Source: Octopus vulgaris (Eukaryota). Taken from it: DNA of 64,000 nt. This document shows, in pieces, positions 26,780-40,649 of the stretch. A program made the translations under genes and the position numbers. Position 1 is the stretch's first letter; every line of letters starts with the position of its first letter. The DNA lies in contig OX597832.1 in assembly GCA_951406725.2 (NCBI GenBank), forward strand, positions 69,440,001 to 69,504,000, given 5' to 3'. The notes under the pieces are model-generated. The model was not told the DNA's origin. It made no database searches and saw nothing but the letters and a program-made list of their open reading frames with translations.

Positions 26780-27290
26780 TCAATTCTGAGACGAAGGTGG
26801 AAGCGGAAGGAAGAGGAGAAGGGGAGAAAAAAAGGGAGCGGAGGAGCGAGAGGAAGAGAAGAAAGGAGGAAGAGGAGTTGATGAAGATGAAGATGAATGA
26901 GGTTCAAGAGACGAAAAAATAGAAAAAGAAAGAATAGGTAGATGAGAAAGACGGGGTGATGAGGAGAGGATGGAGGAAGAGGAGAAGAACAACAACAACA
27001 AACAACAACAAAACAACGATGACGACGAAGGCAACAACGACAAACAGAAATAAATGTATTAAGATTCCGAAGACGGCTTTAGAAGAGAAAAGAAACAAAA
27101 TCCAAAAACTGAAAGAAAAAATGTCAAACACGTACATACAAAAGCGAAGATTTGCTTGGTGGGATGAGACAGATAAAGAAGAAAAAGAAATAAGAGACAA
27201 GAACGAGAAAAAGAAGGAAAAGGAAAAAAACAACAACTCAGAAACAGAAAAAAAAAACACAAAAAAAAACACGGAAATCAAAACGCATAA
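26780..27290. repeat. Purine-rich / (ACA)n low-complexity region
   Basis: GAA/GGA/ACA-rich degenerate simple repeats. Confidence 0.85.
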
Positions 27291-27508
27291 TTGATTGGAA
27301 ATTATTGTAAAGCCGAGATTTAAAAAGTGACAGAGATAAAATCCAGATAAAAATTTTAGAGCAGATGATATGAAGGAACTTTTAACAATTTAGTTTCAAG
27401 ATATTCAAACAGTTCACAGGTCTTTGAGTCGGTCGGTAAAATATTTTCTTTCTTTCCGTATTTCTTTGTGTAAGACTGAGTGAATGTGTGTGTATGTGTG
27501 TGTGTATA

Positions 27509-27554
<46 letters not shown>

Positions 27555-28241
27555 CTTTCAGATTTCCGTATTACACATGTAGAACGTATCACATGAAAGA
27601 CTCACTTATATCACTGCGGTATTAATGTATCAATTAAGACTGATTTTATGACATGATGGTGGAAGGTGGATTTTCAGACTTCTTGCTTTTCTATTCTATC
27701 TATAGTTTTATTTTTGCTGCTTTTTTTCCTTCTTTTCCAATTTGGTTCTAGCGTAAATTTATCAGTTAATTCTTCTGCAGAATATGGTAATATGAAAAAT
27801 GTAATAAATAAAGGAATTACACACGCACACACACACATACTACAAGAGACACACACACACATGCAAACACAAACATGGACTCACACATGCATATGTCGTA
27901 TGAATAAATAAAAACATAAACAAACGCGCAGAAGTGGATTACTCTATGTTTAAAGTTTTGAATGGATTTCATGTTTGCATGGCAATCTGTTTGTGTGTGT
28001 GTTTGTAGTTTGGAATTATATTATCTGTTTAGGTTTTAAGTGTTATTAAGTTGTGAGGTACACACAAGCAGGCGCGCGCACACACACGTAGACACGCGTA
28101 CGCATGCATACACACACTCGTATACACGTTCGCAAGCACACACGTTACTATTCAGATGTTTTCACTAATCGATGAAGCCATATCATGTTGCGGCTTCATC
28201 TATTCATACATGCCTATATTGTAGACATACAGACACAGGAA

Positions 28242-28294
<53 letters not shown>

Positions 28295-28479
28295 GTGTGT
28301 GTTCTCTTCTGTTTTTAATCATATGAATTCTTCCTGTGAGGAAAGAGCTGGCTTCTAACACAGATACAAAGCTCCATCGATGGAATGTATGTAACAAAAA
28401 CAATATCACATTTTAAACTTGAGAAACAACTCGTATATTTCTACTGTTCCCTTTACAGATCGTATTTGTAAAGTGAGTT

Positions 28480-28870
28480 TGTTGGTTGATGTCTTTTTCT
28501 AAAATCCAAGCTCATCTTGAACTGTCAGTTAGGCATTTATTCACAAACCAAAGTGCACCAATTATTATTGGTATAAATGTGGATTTGTAATCTGGATAAA
28601 GAAGTTAGAGGTTTCGAAGCAGTTGTCCATCTCTATCCTTTCTCTCGTTGATTTTCTAAGAGATGAAACAGGATTGGCAAATGTTTGACTGAAATGTTCC
28701 ACCAATATTCCTTGTGTTGATGTTTGTGTACCTCTTCAAGGACAGACTGTTTTCCGTATGGCATTGTATATTGCTTTTTGCGACATCATGATGTTGCATA
28801 GGAAGATAGTACCTTGATATTTTGGGGCAGCTGATAATCACATGTGTGAGATCTTCCAAGAAATATGACA
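28480..28870 (-). mobile_element. Decayed R4/Dong endonuclease-region fragment (related to 12245-13100)
   Basis: EDLTHVIISCPKISRYYLPMQHHDVAK and HKEYWWNISV. Confidence 0.75.
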
Positions 28871-29211
28871 TAATCTACATATACGTACGTATATATCTAT
28901 GTATGTTAGTGCCATATTTCGTCAAGTTCTTTTCGACAGGAGAGGATATGTGTTAAAGAAGACCGGGGTTCTTGCACGCGCGAGCAACAGAGGAAATAAG
29001 TGAGTCGAGTGCGTTTATTGTGACCGCTCATGCGGCATCCACAAGAGTGAGTCCGCGCCTGCGTGTGTGGGAGTGCATATGTTTGTTTGCTTTCAGTACT
29101 GTACGTTTCTTTTCGTATTGATGTATCCATTTTTGATTTTTAAATATTATTCCAACTGATTTTCAATAGTATTAAGAGGCAGTCCAAAAAATTACATTTC
29201 GTATACAAATA

Positions 29212-30417
29212 CGAGATGGAATCAAAAGATTCCCGGAATAGTTCTGTAGCGCGTTAACAGATGACAGCACACGGTTGCGTGCGCAGGGAAATCTAGGAGT
29301 ATCCTCCATGAGACTGTGTGCTGAGTGACATCACCGTGTTTATTTTGCATGTTGTGAAATTTGTGCTTTTGTGATCATGTGTATGCTTGTAGTCTGTGAT
29401 TTTGTCATTGACAGGAAACTGGAACAAAGAGCCAACGTGATATTTTGCGTTAGACTTGGGAATTCTGCTAGAGGGACGTTGAGGAAGCTTCGGCAAGCAT
29501 ACAGGGATGAGGTAACGGGTCGTAGGCAATATCTCGAGTGGTAGGAGCGCTTCAAAGGCGGAAGAATGTCCCTAGAAGACGATGAGCGATCTGGAAGACC
29601 CGCGACGAGCGTCAGCCTCGGAAATGTGGAAAATTCATTAGCTTGTGCATGTGGAACGTCGGAAGACAATCAACGACATTGATGTTGATCTGCCTAATTG
29701 GGGTCCGTGCAGGCAATCCTTACGTCTGAAACAAGCTTCGTGTGTCTGCCAAGTTCGTCTCCTGTCTGCTGACCACTGAGACGAACGAACACCGCGTCGA
29801 AGTCGGTGAAGATCTCCATCAGAATGCCGCTGAAGACCCATCCTTCATGTCGAGGCTCGTCACCAGTGAGTAAGTTTGGGTTTATGGGTACGACCCTGAG
29901 ACGAAGTCGTCACAATGGAAGAACCGTTCATCTTCATGACCGAAGAAGGCATAACAGAGTCACAGCTCATTCAAGAACATGCTCATCGTTTTTTCCGACA
30001 TATGCTGTGTAGTGCCGCCTCAAGAATTCTTTCCTCAGGGTCAGACCATCAATCGAGTTCTTCTGCGACGTTTTGAAGTGTCTGAGGAAGGACATTCGAC
30101 GACGACAATATACCGAGATCTCCTCACACCTGAGTTTCTTGCCAAAAACAACATGGCATCGCTTCCTCACCCAACCCATACGAACTTCCACCTCTTCCCC
30201 AAGAGGAAAAGGCAAATATCAAGAGCGAAACGCAGAAAGTCCTCGTTTCGCTCACGGAAAACAACTTCCAGGTCGGCTTCCAAAAGCAGTAGAAAAGCTG
30301 AGACCGGTTTTATACTGCGCAATGTGATTACTTCGAAAGATAGGATGTTAAAACTTATTAACCTAAGTTATTTTTTATTAAACATACAAAGTTCGTGAAC
30401 TTTTTGATACCACCTCT
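29212..30417 (+). mobile_element. Near full-length decayed mariner transposon
   Basis: TIRs cgagatggaatcaaaagattcccgga / tcgtgaactttttgataccacctc with TA flanks. Transposase: LEQRANVIFCVRLGNSA..LRQAYRDE..EW*ERFKGGRMSLEDDERSGRP and VTSE*VWVYGYDPETKSSQWK. Confidence 0.93.
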
Positions 30418-30433
30418 TACGCCTATGTAAATA

Positions 30434-30634
30434 CAGTAATCCCTTGACTATCACGGCCGTTACGTTCCAAACCCCGCGATAGGGGAAAACCTGCAAAGTA
30501 GAAACAGTGCTGTACTGTAAGTATTTTTTTAATTTTTATAATTTGTATATATTTATTTTATAAATGCAAAGCAGCAACACGGAGGAATTGATGTAAGCTT
30601 AAATAATAAACCACGATATGGCGAGGGATTACTG
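30434..30634. mobile_element. Tigger/pogo-type MITE
   Basis: TIRs cagtaatcccttgactatcacgg / ccacgatatggcgagggattactg, preceded by TA. Confidence 0.82.
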
Positions 30635-31144
30635 CGTAGACATAGACAGACGTATCCGTATACGATACGTTGTAACTTTCAGGGTTGCCTCTGAATTCTA
30701 GAGAGAATTTGTAGAGATAAACTTTAAAACGAGAACATCGCACTGCTAACACAAATTTAATGCACAATATTGATTTGTAAACCTTTAAAACACTCGGTGG
30801 CATATGGTTGCCAAACTGAATAGTGGGTCCTTGCTAGCAATCATTTTGAGTGTAATTGTGTGTGTGTGTGTGTGAAAATGTGAGTGCGTATGTTGTGTAA
30901 ATGTATCAGTACATGGATTAAACTGGATACTTTGTTCTTCATTCTCTTTCTCTCTCCAACTCCCTTTCTTTTTCCTTATCTCTCTTTCTCTCTCTCTCTG
31001 TTGGCACACCGAGTTAACAATATTACTTAGATTAGTGAAGAACTCCGTGTAATCTTTTGGTAGGATTCCAAGTTATGGTTCATCACAATTGTATTTTGTA
31101 AATCCGTGGATGGGATTCAGATTAATTGGTTTCTATTCAGAATG

Positions 31145-31522
31145 ATATATAAGAGACAAGTTAAAATAATGGTCATTACATGTGATTCCGTTATTGTAAC
31201 AAATTTGGTTTACAGCTGTTTCCAGTAGTAATTAGAGATAGGTTTACTCAATCGGTCTGTTTATCAATCGAAGTAAATTGAAAAACCATAGAAAATCAAT
31301 GATACCTTCGTCAGAGCCATTGCTGGAAATGATAAACAGAGCACTTGAAGAATGGCTATTGTGTACAATAGGCATCATTTATTCTCTTAGGCCTTAGATA
31401 TTTACCTCAACTGATTAATAGACCAATTGCGTAAGCCTATCTATAATGATTATCGGAAACAACTGTAAGACAGATTTGCTAGAATAAAACAATTATATAC
31501 AATGACCATTATTTTAACTTGT

Positions 31523-31530
<8 letters not shown>
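31145..31530. mobile_element. Inverted pair of Penelope-like pseudo-LTR fragments
   Basis: 31145-31305 is the diverged reverse complement of ~31371-31530 (agacaagttaaaataatggtcatt / aatgaccattattttaacttgtct). Both arms carry GAAAC-N4-GTA; (TA)n flank. Confidence 0.72.
31205..31320 (-). ncRNA. Hammerhead ribozyme motif with ~85 nt stem-II region
   Basis: Minus strand: uggcu CUGACGA a ggua..uacug GAAAC agcu GUA aacca; palindromic helix III ACAGCUGU. Confidence 0.6.
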
Positions 31531-31564
<34 letters not shown>

Positions 31565-33052
31565 TCGGTGGATCATATAGCCTTTGTTTACATATTAATT
31601 GACCGTAAAGGTTTTCTATCTCGAATTTCAAGAGGGATATGCGTCCGCTATTGAGGCTGAGGAGCCGTCTGTTAGGACTAGCGCGTTATGGACACAAAAT
31701 CATTGGCCACTCTATGACCGGACATATTTTTAACTGCTTAAACACATGCATAATACTTGAAATGAAGAGTTGATAGACAGCCGACAACTGATGAAGGGTC
31801 GTTCTTTGTGTTATTTGTCCTGTTTTCCATTTGTTTCTCTCGTTGTTTGCGTATTGAACTGATTTGTTTTCGTATTTCATGTTTACTGTTGGGGACGTCT
31901 TGTACCCATATATGCATATATATATTATTTATATTATTTGAACGAACGCCAATCATCCATTTCCAAGAACACACACACACACGCACACACACACACACAT
32001 ATATGGAAGTGTTAGGATGGAATGGATGCGTCTTCGTATTTCTTCCCAATAAAAATGTGCTTTAGAATAATTATCAAATCCAAAATACTGGGTATAAATT
32101 TTCTCAGAAGATTTATGAGTTTACCTTTTTGTATTTAACAATAGTCTTTTGTTAATGAAATATTCCTTTGATCTGGTGTAACAACATATCTTGTAAACTG
32201 TCAATCATTTTTTGTTTGTTTGCGCACATACATATATACATATTTGTGTGTATGAAAAAGTTAACTTGCAAATAAATATATATATAATAGCCCATGATAT
32301 AGTTTCCTTAGATGGAATAAAAAAAGTGCAGTAGCTCAGACTGGAACTGAACCACATATATATTATAGGACATACAGTCGCAATTAAGCACTATTCTGAA
32401 GATTTTCATAAGTTATACATTTATAGCTTCATTTGTATTTGGGCTTCGTAACATGATTTGCTTGTTATTTTCTCCCAAAAGTTACTAATACTCAGCGAAA
32501 ATCAAACTTATTCTTTTTCCACTTGTACAAATAAAAATTAAAGCTTATAACTTGATCCAGTCGAAGAATGGAGGCCACGACATTATTATCAAACGAACAC
32601 TAACTATTAGGCCACTCAATTTTCAAGAAGAACAGAAATAAATACGCAGTATAAGCACTTGTGGTGGAGTTGTCTGAATTTTCGAATTCTGCAGTTTTTG
32701 AAATATATGTTATTTTAGACGATTATTACCACAATTTAAACGAAAAAAGATTTTATAACTTATAAAGACAACAATTTATAGAACTGTTTATATCAAGAGT
32801 AACCAAAAGAAAATAGTTCCACAGAAAACAACAAAATACAAAACAAAAATTAAAAAAATTAAACCAAACTTAAAGAATTTTTAAAAGCCAGAATATTATT
32901 TTCTGAATCTTGTTTTCTTTCATACTTTTTTTCCTTATTTGTTTATTATTGCTGTTACCCTAAAGGTAGATGTTGAGCATTTTATTGACCTTTCGATAAA
33001 CGATCCCCAGCTGACATTAGAAGACATTTAGAAAACGTAAAAGAGCAGGAAG

Positions 33053-33055
<3 letters not shown>

Positions 33056-33116
<61 letters not shown>

Positions 33117-33132
33117 GTTGTTGTTGTTGTTG

Positions 33133-33203
<71 letters not shown>

Positions 33204-33212
33204 GATATTATT
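33056..33212. repeat. (TTA)n-(TTG)n-(TTA)n microsatellite
   Basis: Direct reading. Confidence 0.97.
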
Positions 33213-33616
33213 ATTTGTTTAGATAACTGGATGTAAGTAGAGATTAAAATATGAAAAAAAGGGGATGGGGTTAGGTGAAAATCCCTCAGTATTTTTAACG
33301 CTTGTCAAACATTATAAGAAATATGTTGCATGCAAATAATGAATATTCAAGAAAATGAAGTATATTGTATTGGAAATAGCTACAACTCTAACCGTAATGA
33401 CTACAACAACGATAATAAAAATAATAACACAAATAGCCCACATCCTACGCAAGACACTATCAATTCAATAATACAACTCAAACAAAACAAGCTGGCGCAA
33501 TACAATAGCGGTAAGAGTTTCCACTCCTATAGCAACACACAATGCCGCACACACTCCAGCAACACGGTGGTGTAGCAGGTGATACTGTAGAAATTTGCCT
33601 GAAACTACCAAATGGT

Positions 33617-33751
<135 letters not shown>

Positions 33752-35899
33752 TTAAAACCTATTACAAAGTTGGCAGCAATACACACTCTCCCCAAAATAA
33801 CTCTGCTAAGAACAGCTCACGTCTTGCTGAAGACAACCAATTTAAGAGAATAACTCAAACAGAACAATCTTTACACGCCACTCTATTGAGCAAGAGACTT
33901 ATAATCTAAAGCCACAAATCTCGTATCATACATATTCTATGTAAGATTAAGGCGTGATATAAAGTATAAACTAACACTACATACGCTAATATCATAAGAA
34001 ACATAAAAAACTAAACTTCCTAACAAAATAAACTGGCGTAGTAAACCAACAGGAGGATCTATACCAAGCCAATGCTCACAAAAATAAGAACACAATGCTG
34101 CACATACGTTAGGAGCACGGAGGTGCAACAGCTGGTGCTGCAGAAACTCGCATGTAATTACAGAAGGAACATATTTCAAAATAATTATAATATTGATGAT
34201 AATGACGAGGACGATGATGATGATGAAGAGGAGGGGTGGAATAGGAAGAAAATTTCGCTTAAACGCCATCAAAAAGACAGGTTATAATCTGCTGTATGAA
34301 GAGGAATAATGATGGAGGTTTAAAAATGAGATGAAATGAATACGTACAATACAAATATATGAGTAAATGGATGATATATAAACATCCGGATATAGGAGAA
34401 CCTTTAGGCCAACGAAGGAACCTGAAAATTCACATTGGCCTCAAAAATTAAGGATTCAAACAAATGATATTCTCCAATCAACAGGGATGCCCTTAGGTTC
34501 GTTTTATTCACCTGAAAAATTTACTTCATATTCATCCACCATTTGATTAATTCCCTGGTGGAGACATTCGCCATTCCAGCATCACGTACATTTCCAACTG
34601 GAATCTGAAAAACTCGATCGACTTTTGACTGAAGAGGAGAGTATCTATCCTCAATCCATTCAACCGCGTCCAGTACGCATGCACATTCGCCATAGACACT
34701 GGATAGAGGAAAACTGGTTTCTCTTTTAATGAAAGGCAGCGAAGTAGTTTTCACGATTGAATCTATTCAGAAGATCACCTTACAGTTCTCCTTCAGTCTT
34801 CTGAGATATATAAAATAATTCACCAATCAAGTACTGGAGTCAATGTATTCGACCAACCCTCACTCTTCAAAAATATTTGCTGCAAGCCTACAGTTGTAAT
34901 CAGTAGTATCATCATAATACACTATTACATCACGTGTTGTGCTTATGCTTCAGTTGATGGATTACATTTTGTCCTATTTTAAAGCAGAATTAATATTTAT
35001 GTGTCGCATTGCGCGGAATTTGTGTAAAAAGTGGTGAGGATCTTGTGTGAATGTCTATTTCGTTTTTGCTGTTACATATACATACAAACACATTTTGGAT
35101 AAATTTCACCAATCTAGCTAGCTTTCAGTAAGCCATGTCGGACACGGAAACTCACAAGAGAGATAAAAACCTGATTGTTTTCCTTCTAATGTAAAGTAAA
35201 AACATACGAAGAGAAAACATTGCTTAAAACAAAATACTAAATCGTTTAAAAAATAATGAAAGTTCTTGCCGTAAAAGTAATCTAAGTGTTATTAATGACT
35301 TGGTTATTGACAGCAGCAAAAGCATTAACAGAAAAAACACAACGACAAAATTCGCACATTCACAGACACAAACGCAAGCGAATGTGTTTCGAATCTAAGT
35401 TAAACACAATTTTCCGTGAATATTCTCCAGATTAACAAAAAAAATCGCGTGAGACATTTTGATAAAAGGACATCAATAAGTTTGGACGCCCCTCAGCTAA
35501 ATCAAATTACAGAGTATCAATAACAAACTATATTACTAGAGCCAGGGTTCACTTATAGCCACATCCATCACTGAGATAATGACCGAAAGAAATCTGTCCT
35601 CGGAAGTGAGTGGTGATATGGTGCAGAATGCATTATGATCAGAACTGACGTGGAGAAGGTAATGCGGAACCTAACCTATTCCTACGGAATATACATGCAT
35701 TTTTGAAAGGGGAAATGTTGGTATTAATAGGGAATAATGCCAGCGATATTTTTGGAAGACATGAACAAAATGCCCTTTACACATTTACACTTTGTCAAAT
35801 TTGGATGTAAGGCTAGTTTCATCATATTTTGTAGTCATAACTTACAAAAGAAAACTTTGGACACGAAACATTGAAACGAAAGAACATCAACTATATAGC

Positions 35900-36560
35900 A
35901 CGTGGTGCACCTTGTCGACCACCACTAGGTCCGGTCTGTTATGCTCCAGCATCTCATCTGTTTTGATTAGGAAATCCCAGAGGATTGTGTTAGCCTCCGA
36001 CTCCGCCACTCAGCGATTTGTGCTCATACCACTTCTTGCCTCTCTCTATCCCCCACTTTTCGCACAATTTCCAATGTAGCATCTCGCTATCTGATCGTAT
36101 CGACATAACTTGTAGTGGTTTTGGGCAATTCTAGGGCATTCATTTGTGATATGGGCAATGGTTTCATCCACTATTACATATGTGACACAGCAGAGACACT
36201 TGCTCATTCCAAAGGTTGACCCTCCAGTTCATGGCCAAAGCTTGGTCTTACGCTGCCAGTATAGTGTTCTCGGTCTCACTTTTTAGAGTTCCTTTCTTCA
36301 CCCAATGCCACCTATTTTTTCCAGCAACTTCTCTTTTGGCAACATGGAATTGTTCCTTGTCGAGTAATTCTTCTTTGTGTCCTTTTAGTACTTTTGCCTT
36401 CGTTTTTCCTTTTTTTTATTTGCTTTAAAAACTATCTCCTTCATAACTGACATAAGCAAGGTTCCTCTCTTGATTTTCACCTCCACTAATACTTGATCCA
36501 CTGCTGTAAATTCCATACTCCACTATTTCATACTGTGCCATGCAAGGCTTTTCATTATTA
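35900..36560 (-). mobile_element. Decayed R4/Dong fragment (zinc knuckle + endonuclease region)
   Basis: DETIAHITNECPRIAQNHYKLCRYDQ, KKWYEH, ILWDFLIKTDEMLEHNRPDLVVVDK. Confidence 0.85.
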
Positions 36561-36879
36561 TTATGTTTTTCTTTTAATCTGCGTGTTTGTTAGAATCACA
36601 TGCCGAGACACACCCAGCGTCCTAGGGCGAGTAAAGGGTAAGAGATGTTACAGTATGATTGAAAGCTTGCGGAGGGGAAGTGGCAGGAGCAGTCGTGAAT
36701 TATTTTTATGTAATACAACACAGACATCTAAATGGATAGGGTTTTTCTAAGGATGTCAGCACAAACTTTTGGATTTCTCTTAGTCATGGTTCTCATGGGA
36801 TATTATCTAGATGTTTCTGACATCCCTTTCTTATACCTAGGACACCAACAATAGCAGGAATAGTTCTCGCTTGAAGGTG

Positions 36880-37228
36880 TCACATATTTCTGCCGAGGTC
36901 AACTTTGCCTTTCATTCTTTCGGGGTCGATAAATTAAGTACCAGTGAAAAGACTGGGGTCGTTGTAATCGACTAGTGCCCTCCCTCAAAATTTGAAGCCT
37001 TCTGCCCCCAGTAGAAAGGATTTTTATTATTGTTATCATTAAAATTATTAAGTGGGTGAACTGGCAAAATCGTTATCCCGTCGCTACGTTCTGAGTTCAA
37101 ATTCCCCCGATGTCGACTTTGCTTTTTATTCTTTCGAGGTCGATCAAATAAATACCAGTTGAGTACTTGGTTCGATGTAATTGATACACCCCTCCTCCAA
37201 ATTTCAGTCCTTGTGCCTATAGTAGAAT
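36880..37228 (+). mobile_element. Two tandem partial SINE family 2 copies ending in (ATT)n
   Basis: gaggtcaactttgcctttcattctttcggggtcgataaattaagtaccag occurs twice, each copy ending ..agtagaa followed by ATT repeats. Confidence 0.85.
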
Positions 37229-37298
<70 letters not shown>

Positions 37299-38145
37299 GA
37301 TCATTATCTTTATTACCGCCACCAACGTCATCTCTGTTCTTATCTCCTCAACCGCCATCATCATCATCATCATCATCATCGTCATCATTCTTCCGCACAG
37401 CCTTATGTACCTGAGGCACAAATAGAAATCGCATGAAAAGCCATTAATTTTTCAATCTTCCCTGAATCTATTTCACATTAAACGTAGTAATTTAGTTACT
37501 GAGCACCCCACCAACACCATCACTGCCCTCCTCCCATATCGTTCACTGCTGTCATCACAACCACCAGCACCGCTGCCACCCCACCAAAAAATAACACAAT
37601 AGCACCACCAACATTAGCAGAACCATCACCTTCATCACGATTATCCACCACCATTACCACCACCACCAATGCGATATTTCTACTACTCTCAATTGCACCG
37701 TCATCATTATCATCATCTTTATCAACGCTTTCCGTCACCATCAGATGATGATCATCATAATCATCACTGCACTCTCCAGCATCACATTTGCAGTCGCTAT
37801 GTCCTTCAACCCTCGCTATCACTATTATCCCCATCACTGACATACTCACCATCACTATTAGTCCTACCACCACCATGGCCTTTTTTACAGATCACTACGC
37901 CTCCTCCACGCTAATCCCATCTGCATCATTTCTCCCTTTTCCATTCTCTTCTTAGCCCCACCTCATTTATTTCTCCACCTTTCTTACCCCCCCTCTTACT
38001 TTCCCATCTAATCATTGCCCAATTTCTTCTCCTGACTTCATTTCTCGTCCATCTTCTTCACTTATGTTTTGTTTTCTCTTCCTTTCCATTCACTTCTTTC
38101 CTTTCCCATGTCTCCCTTTTCTCTCCCCTCACTTCTCTAACCCGC

Positions 38146-38698
38146 CTGGTACTTAATTTATCGACCCCGATAGGATGAAAGGCAAAGTCGACATCGGTAT
38201 GATTTGAACTCAGAACGTAATGACAGACGAAATACCGATAAGCATTTCGCCTGCCACGCTCATGATTCTGCCAGCTCGACGCCTTCTCAATAATAATAAT
38301 AATGATAATGGTCTCAAATTTTGCCTCAAGACAGTAATTTTAAGGGAAGGGATGAGTCGATTACATCAACCTCAGTGTTCAACTGGTACTTATTTTGTCG
38401 ACCCCGAAAGGATGAAAGGCAAGTCGATCTCGGCAAAATTTGAACTCAGAACTTAGGGACGAAATACCTATTTCTTTACTACCCACAAGGGGCTAAACAC
38501 AGAGCGGACAAACAAGGACAGACAAACGGATTAACTCGAATGTATCAACCCCAGTGCGTAACTGGTACTTATTTAATCGACCCCGAAAGGATGAAAGGCA
38601 AAGTCGACCTCGGTGAAATTTGAATTCAGAACGTAGCGCCAGACAAAATACCACTAAGCTTTTCGTCCGACGCGCAAACGATTCTACCAGCTCGTCAC

Positions 38699-38702
<4 letters not shown>
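38146..38702 (-). mobile_element. Tandem SINE family 2 copies (one dimeric)
   Basis: Three occurrences of tcgaccccgaaaggatgaaaggcaaagtcgac..tttgaactcagaac; heads at ~38285 and ~38700. Confidence 0.9.
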
Positions 38703-38734
<32 letters not shown>

Positions 38735-38820
38735 ATAATAATAATAATATATAATATATACATATATATATATATGTATGTGTGTATATATGTGTGTAGG
38801 TATGTATATATGTTTGCAGG

Positions 38821-38895
<75 letters not shown>

Positions 38896-39968
38896 CCTTG
38901 TAGGTCTTTGCTTTCTGAACAAGGCACATGTAGGTTATTATGTGCAAATGCTAAAGTTGAAAGTTGTATTCCAAAATATACGCGCACAAACACACATGTA
39001 TATACATAAATACTTGCGTAAGAATAGATATGCATCTACATACGCACGTATACATACATATTTACACACACTCACATACCCATGTATATAATGCATGTAT
39101 ATATGTGTACATGTGCTTTTCACATGAATTGTGCCAGACAACGCAATCGAATAATTATAACATATATTAAGTGTGGATTACCGTGCGTCATTTTGTATAC
39201 ATACACGAGTGTATATGTGTATATGTATGTGCGTGAGAAAGAAAGAGAGAGACAAATAGAGAGGAAGAGAGAGTGCGTGTGCGTGAATGTGTGAATGTGT
39301 GAGTGTGTATTTGCGAGTGCCTGTGAGTCTGTGTTGAAAGGAATCTACGTAAGTATGCAACTCTTTGATTTTTACGAGGACTTTTCGATGGAAATTGACT
39401 TTGTTAAGTCCTAAGCAATTGGAAGCAGACTCACGAAAGAATTAAATTTGAAGTTGCATCTCTGGAGACTTTCTAGTTAGGAAGTAGACACAGAGAATAT
39501 CGGAATAGCGTGTGAAGACTTAATTGTGGAGATAATCCGTTGGCTATATTAAGCTGGAACAACGGACTTGCTATAACATTACACTTAATATCAACACGCC
39601 TATACATAAATGCTTGTACAAAGACATACCTCCATACATACATACGCATTTATGTGTATGAATGTGTGTGTGTGTGTGTGTGTTAAGGTACGTATGCATA
39701 TTTGTATGCATTTATATATTCATATGTGCATGTATAAGTACACACATATATCTATATGCGTATATTAACATACTTTTATACACACAATATTTTATGCATA
39801 CACACACACACACACATATAGATATACACCTATCAATAAATGCATAGCTACATAAGTATATAACTGCACACATATTATACAATGATGCAGAATGTATTTA
39901 CTATGAATATATACGTATGCATGTGTGTATGTGTGTGTTTACATGTACAGATGTATATACATATACAG

Positions 39969-40013
<45 letters not shown>

Positions 40014-40020
40014 CATACTG

Positions 40021-40053
<33 letters not shown>

Positions 40054-40055
40054 CA

Positions 40056-40094
<39 letters not shown>

Positions 40095-40598
40095 CTGTAT
40101 ATATATATATATACACACACACACGTACGTACACACACACACACACGTACGTACACACACACACACGTACACTGAAACCTACATCACTATGTGCGTGCGT
40201 GCTGCCATCTATTTAGATTCATTGCTGTCTTGCTATGCTGTATATTTATCTATAAAAAACACACGTGTTAATGGGAGACGAATCAATTATGTTTTAAAAG
40301 AACTGATAACATCTCCCCATGTGATGATAATACTACATTAACTGGGGCACTGCATCTACAGTCGAGCCAGCCACGTTACTCGACACACACATTCAGGTGA
40401 GCTTTCAACACTAAAACGTTTACATACGCACATGCACACATATATACATACATGCATATTCACACGCATACTTTCATATACGTATCTATGAACTATAAAA
40501 TTTCAATTTCATTACGTGGATATATCTCAGGCACTATATATATATATCGCATTGTGACCAGCGATGTGTAGCAACCTCTGATAGCTTGGTCGGTCACG

Positions 40599-40644
<46 letters not shown>

Positions 40645-40649
40645 CATAC

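Noticed and set aside
28172-28200. gatgaagcc/ggcttcatc 9 bp hairpin
   Set aside because: Short enough to occur by chance in 64 kb, with no supporting context.
31650-31805. CTGAGGA and CTGATGA motifs in an unclassified repeat
   Set aside because: I could not build consistent stems with a GAAAC and an NUH triplet. It may still be a decayed PLE terminus.
37500-37920. His/Asp/Val-rich ORFs (also 50290-50870, 56900-57450, 62190-62555)
   Set aside because: They derive from degenerate (CAT/CAC)n trinucleotide low-complexity DNA.
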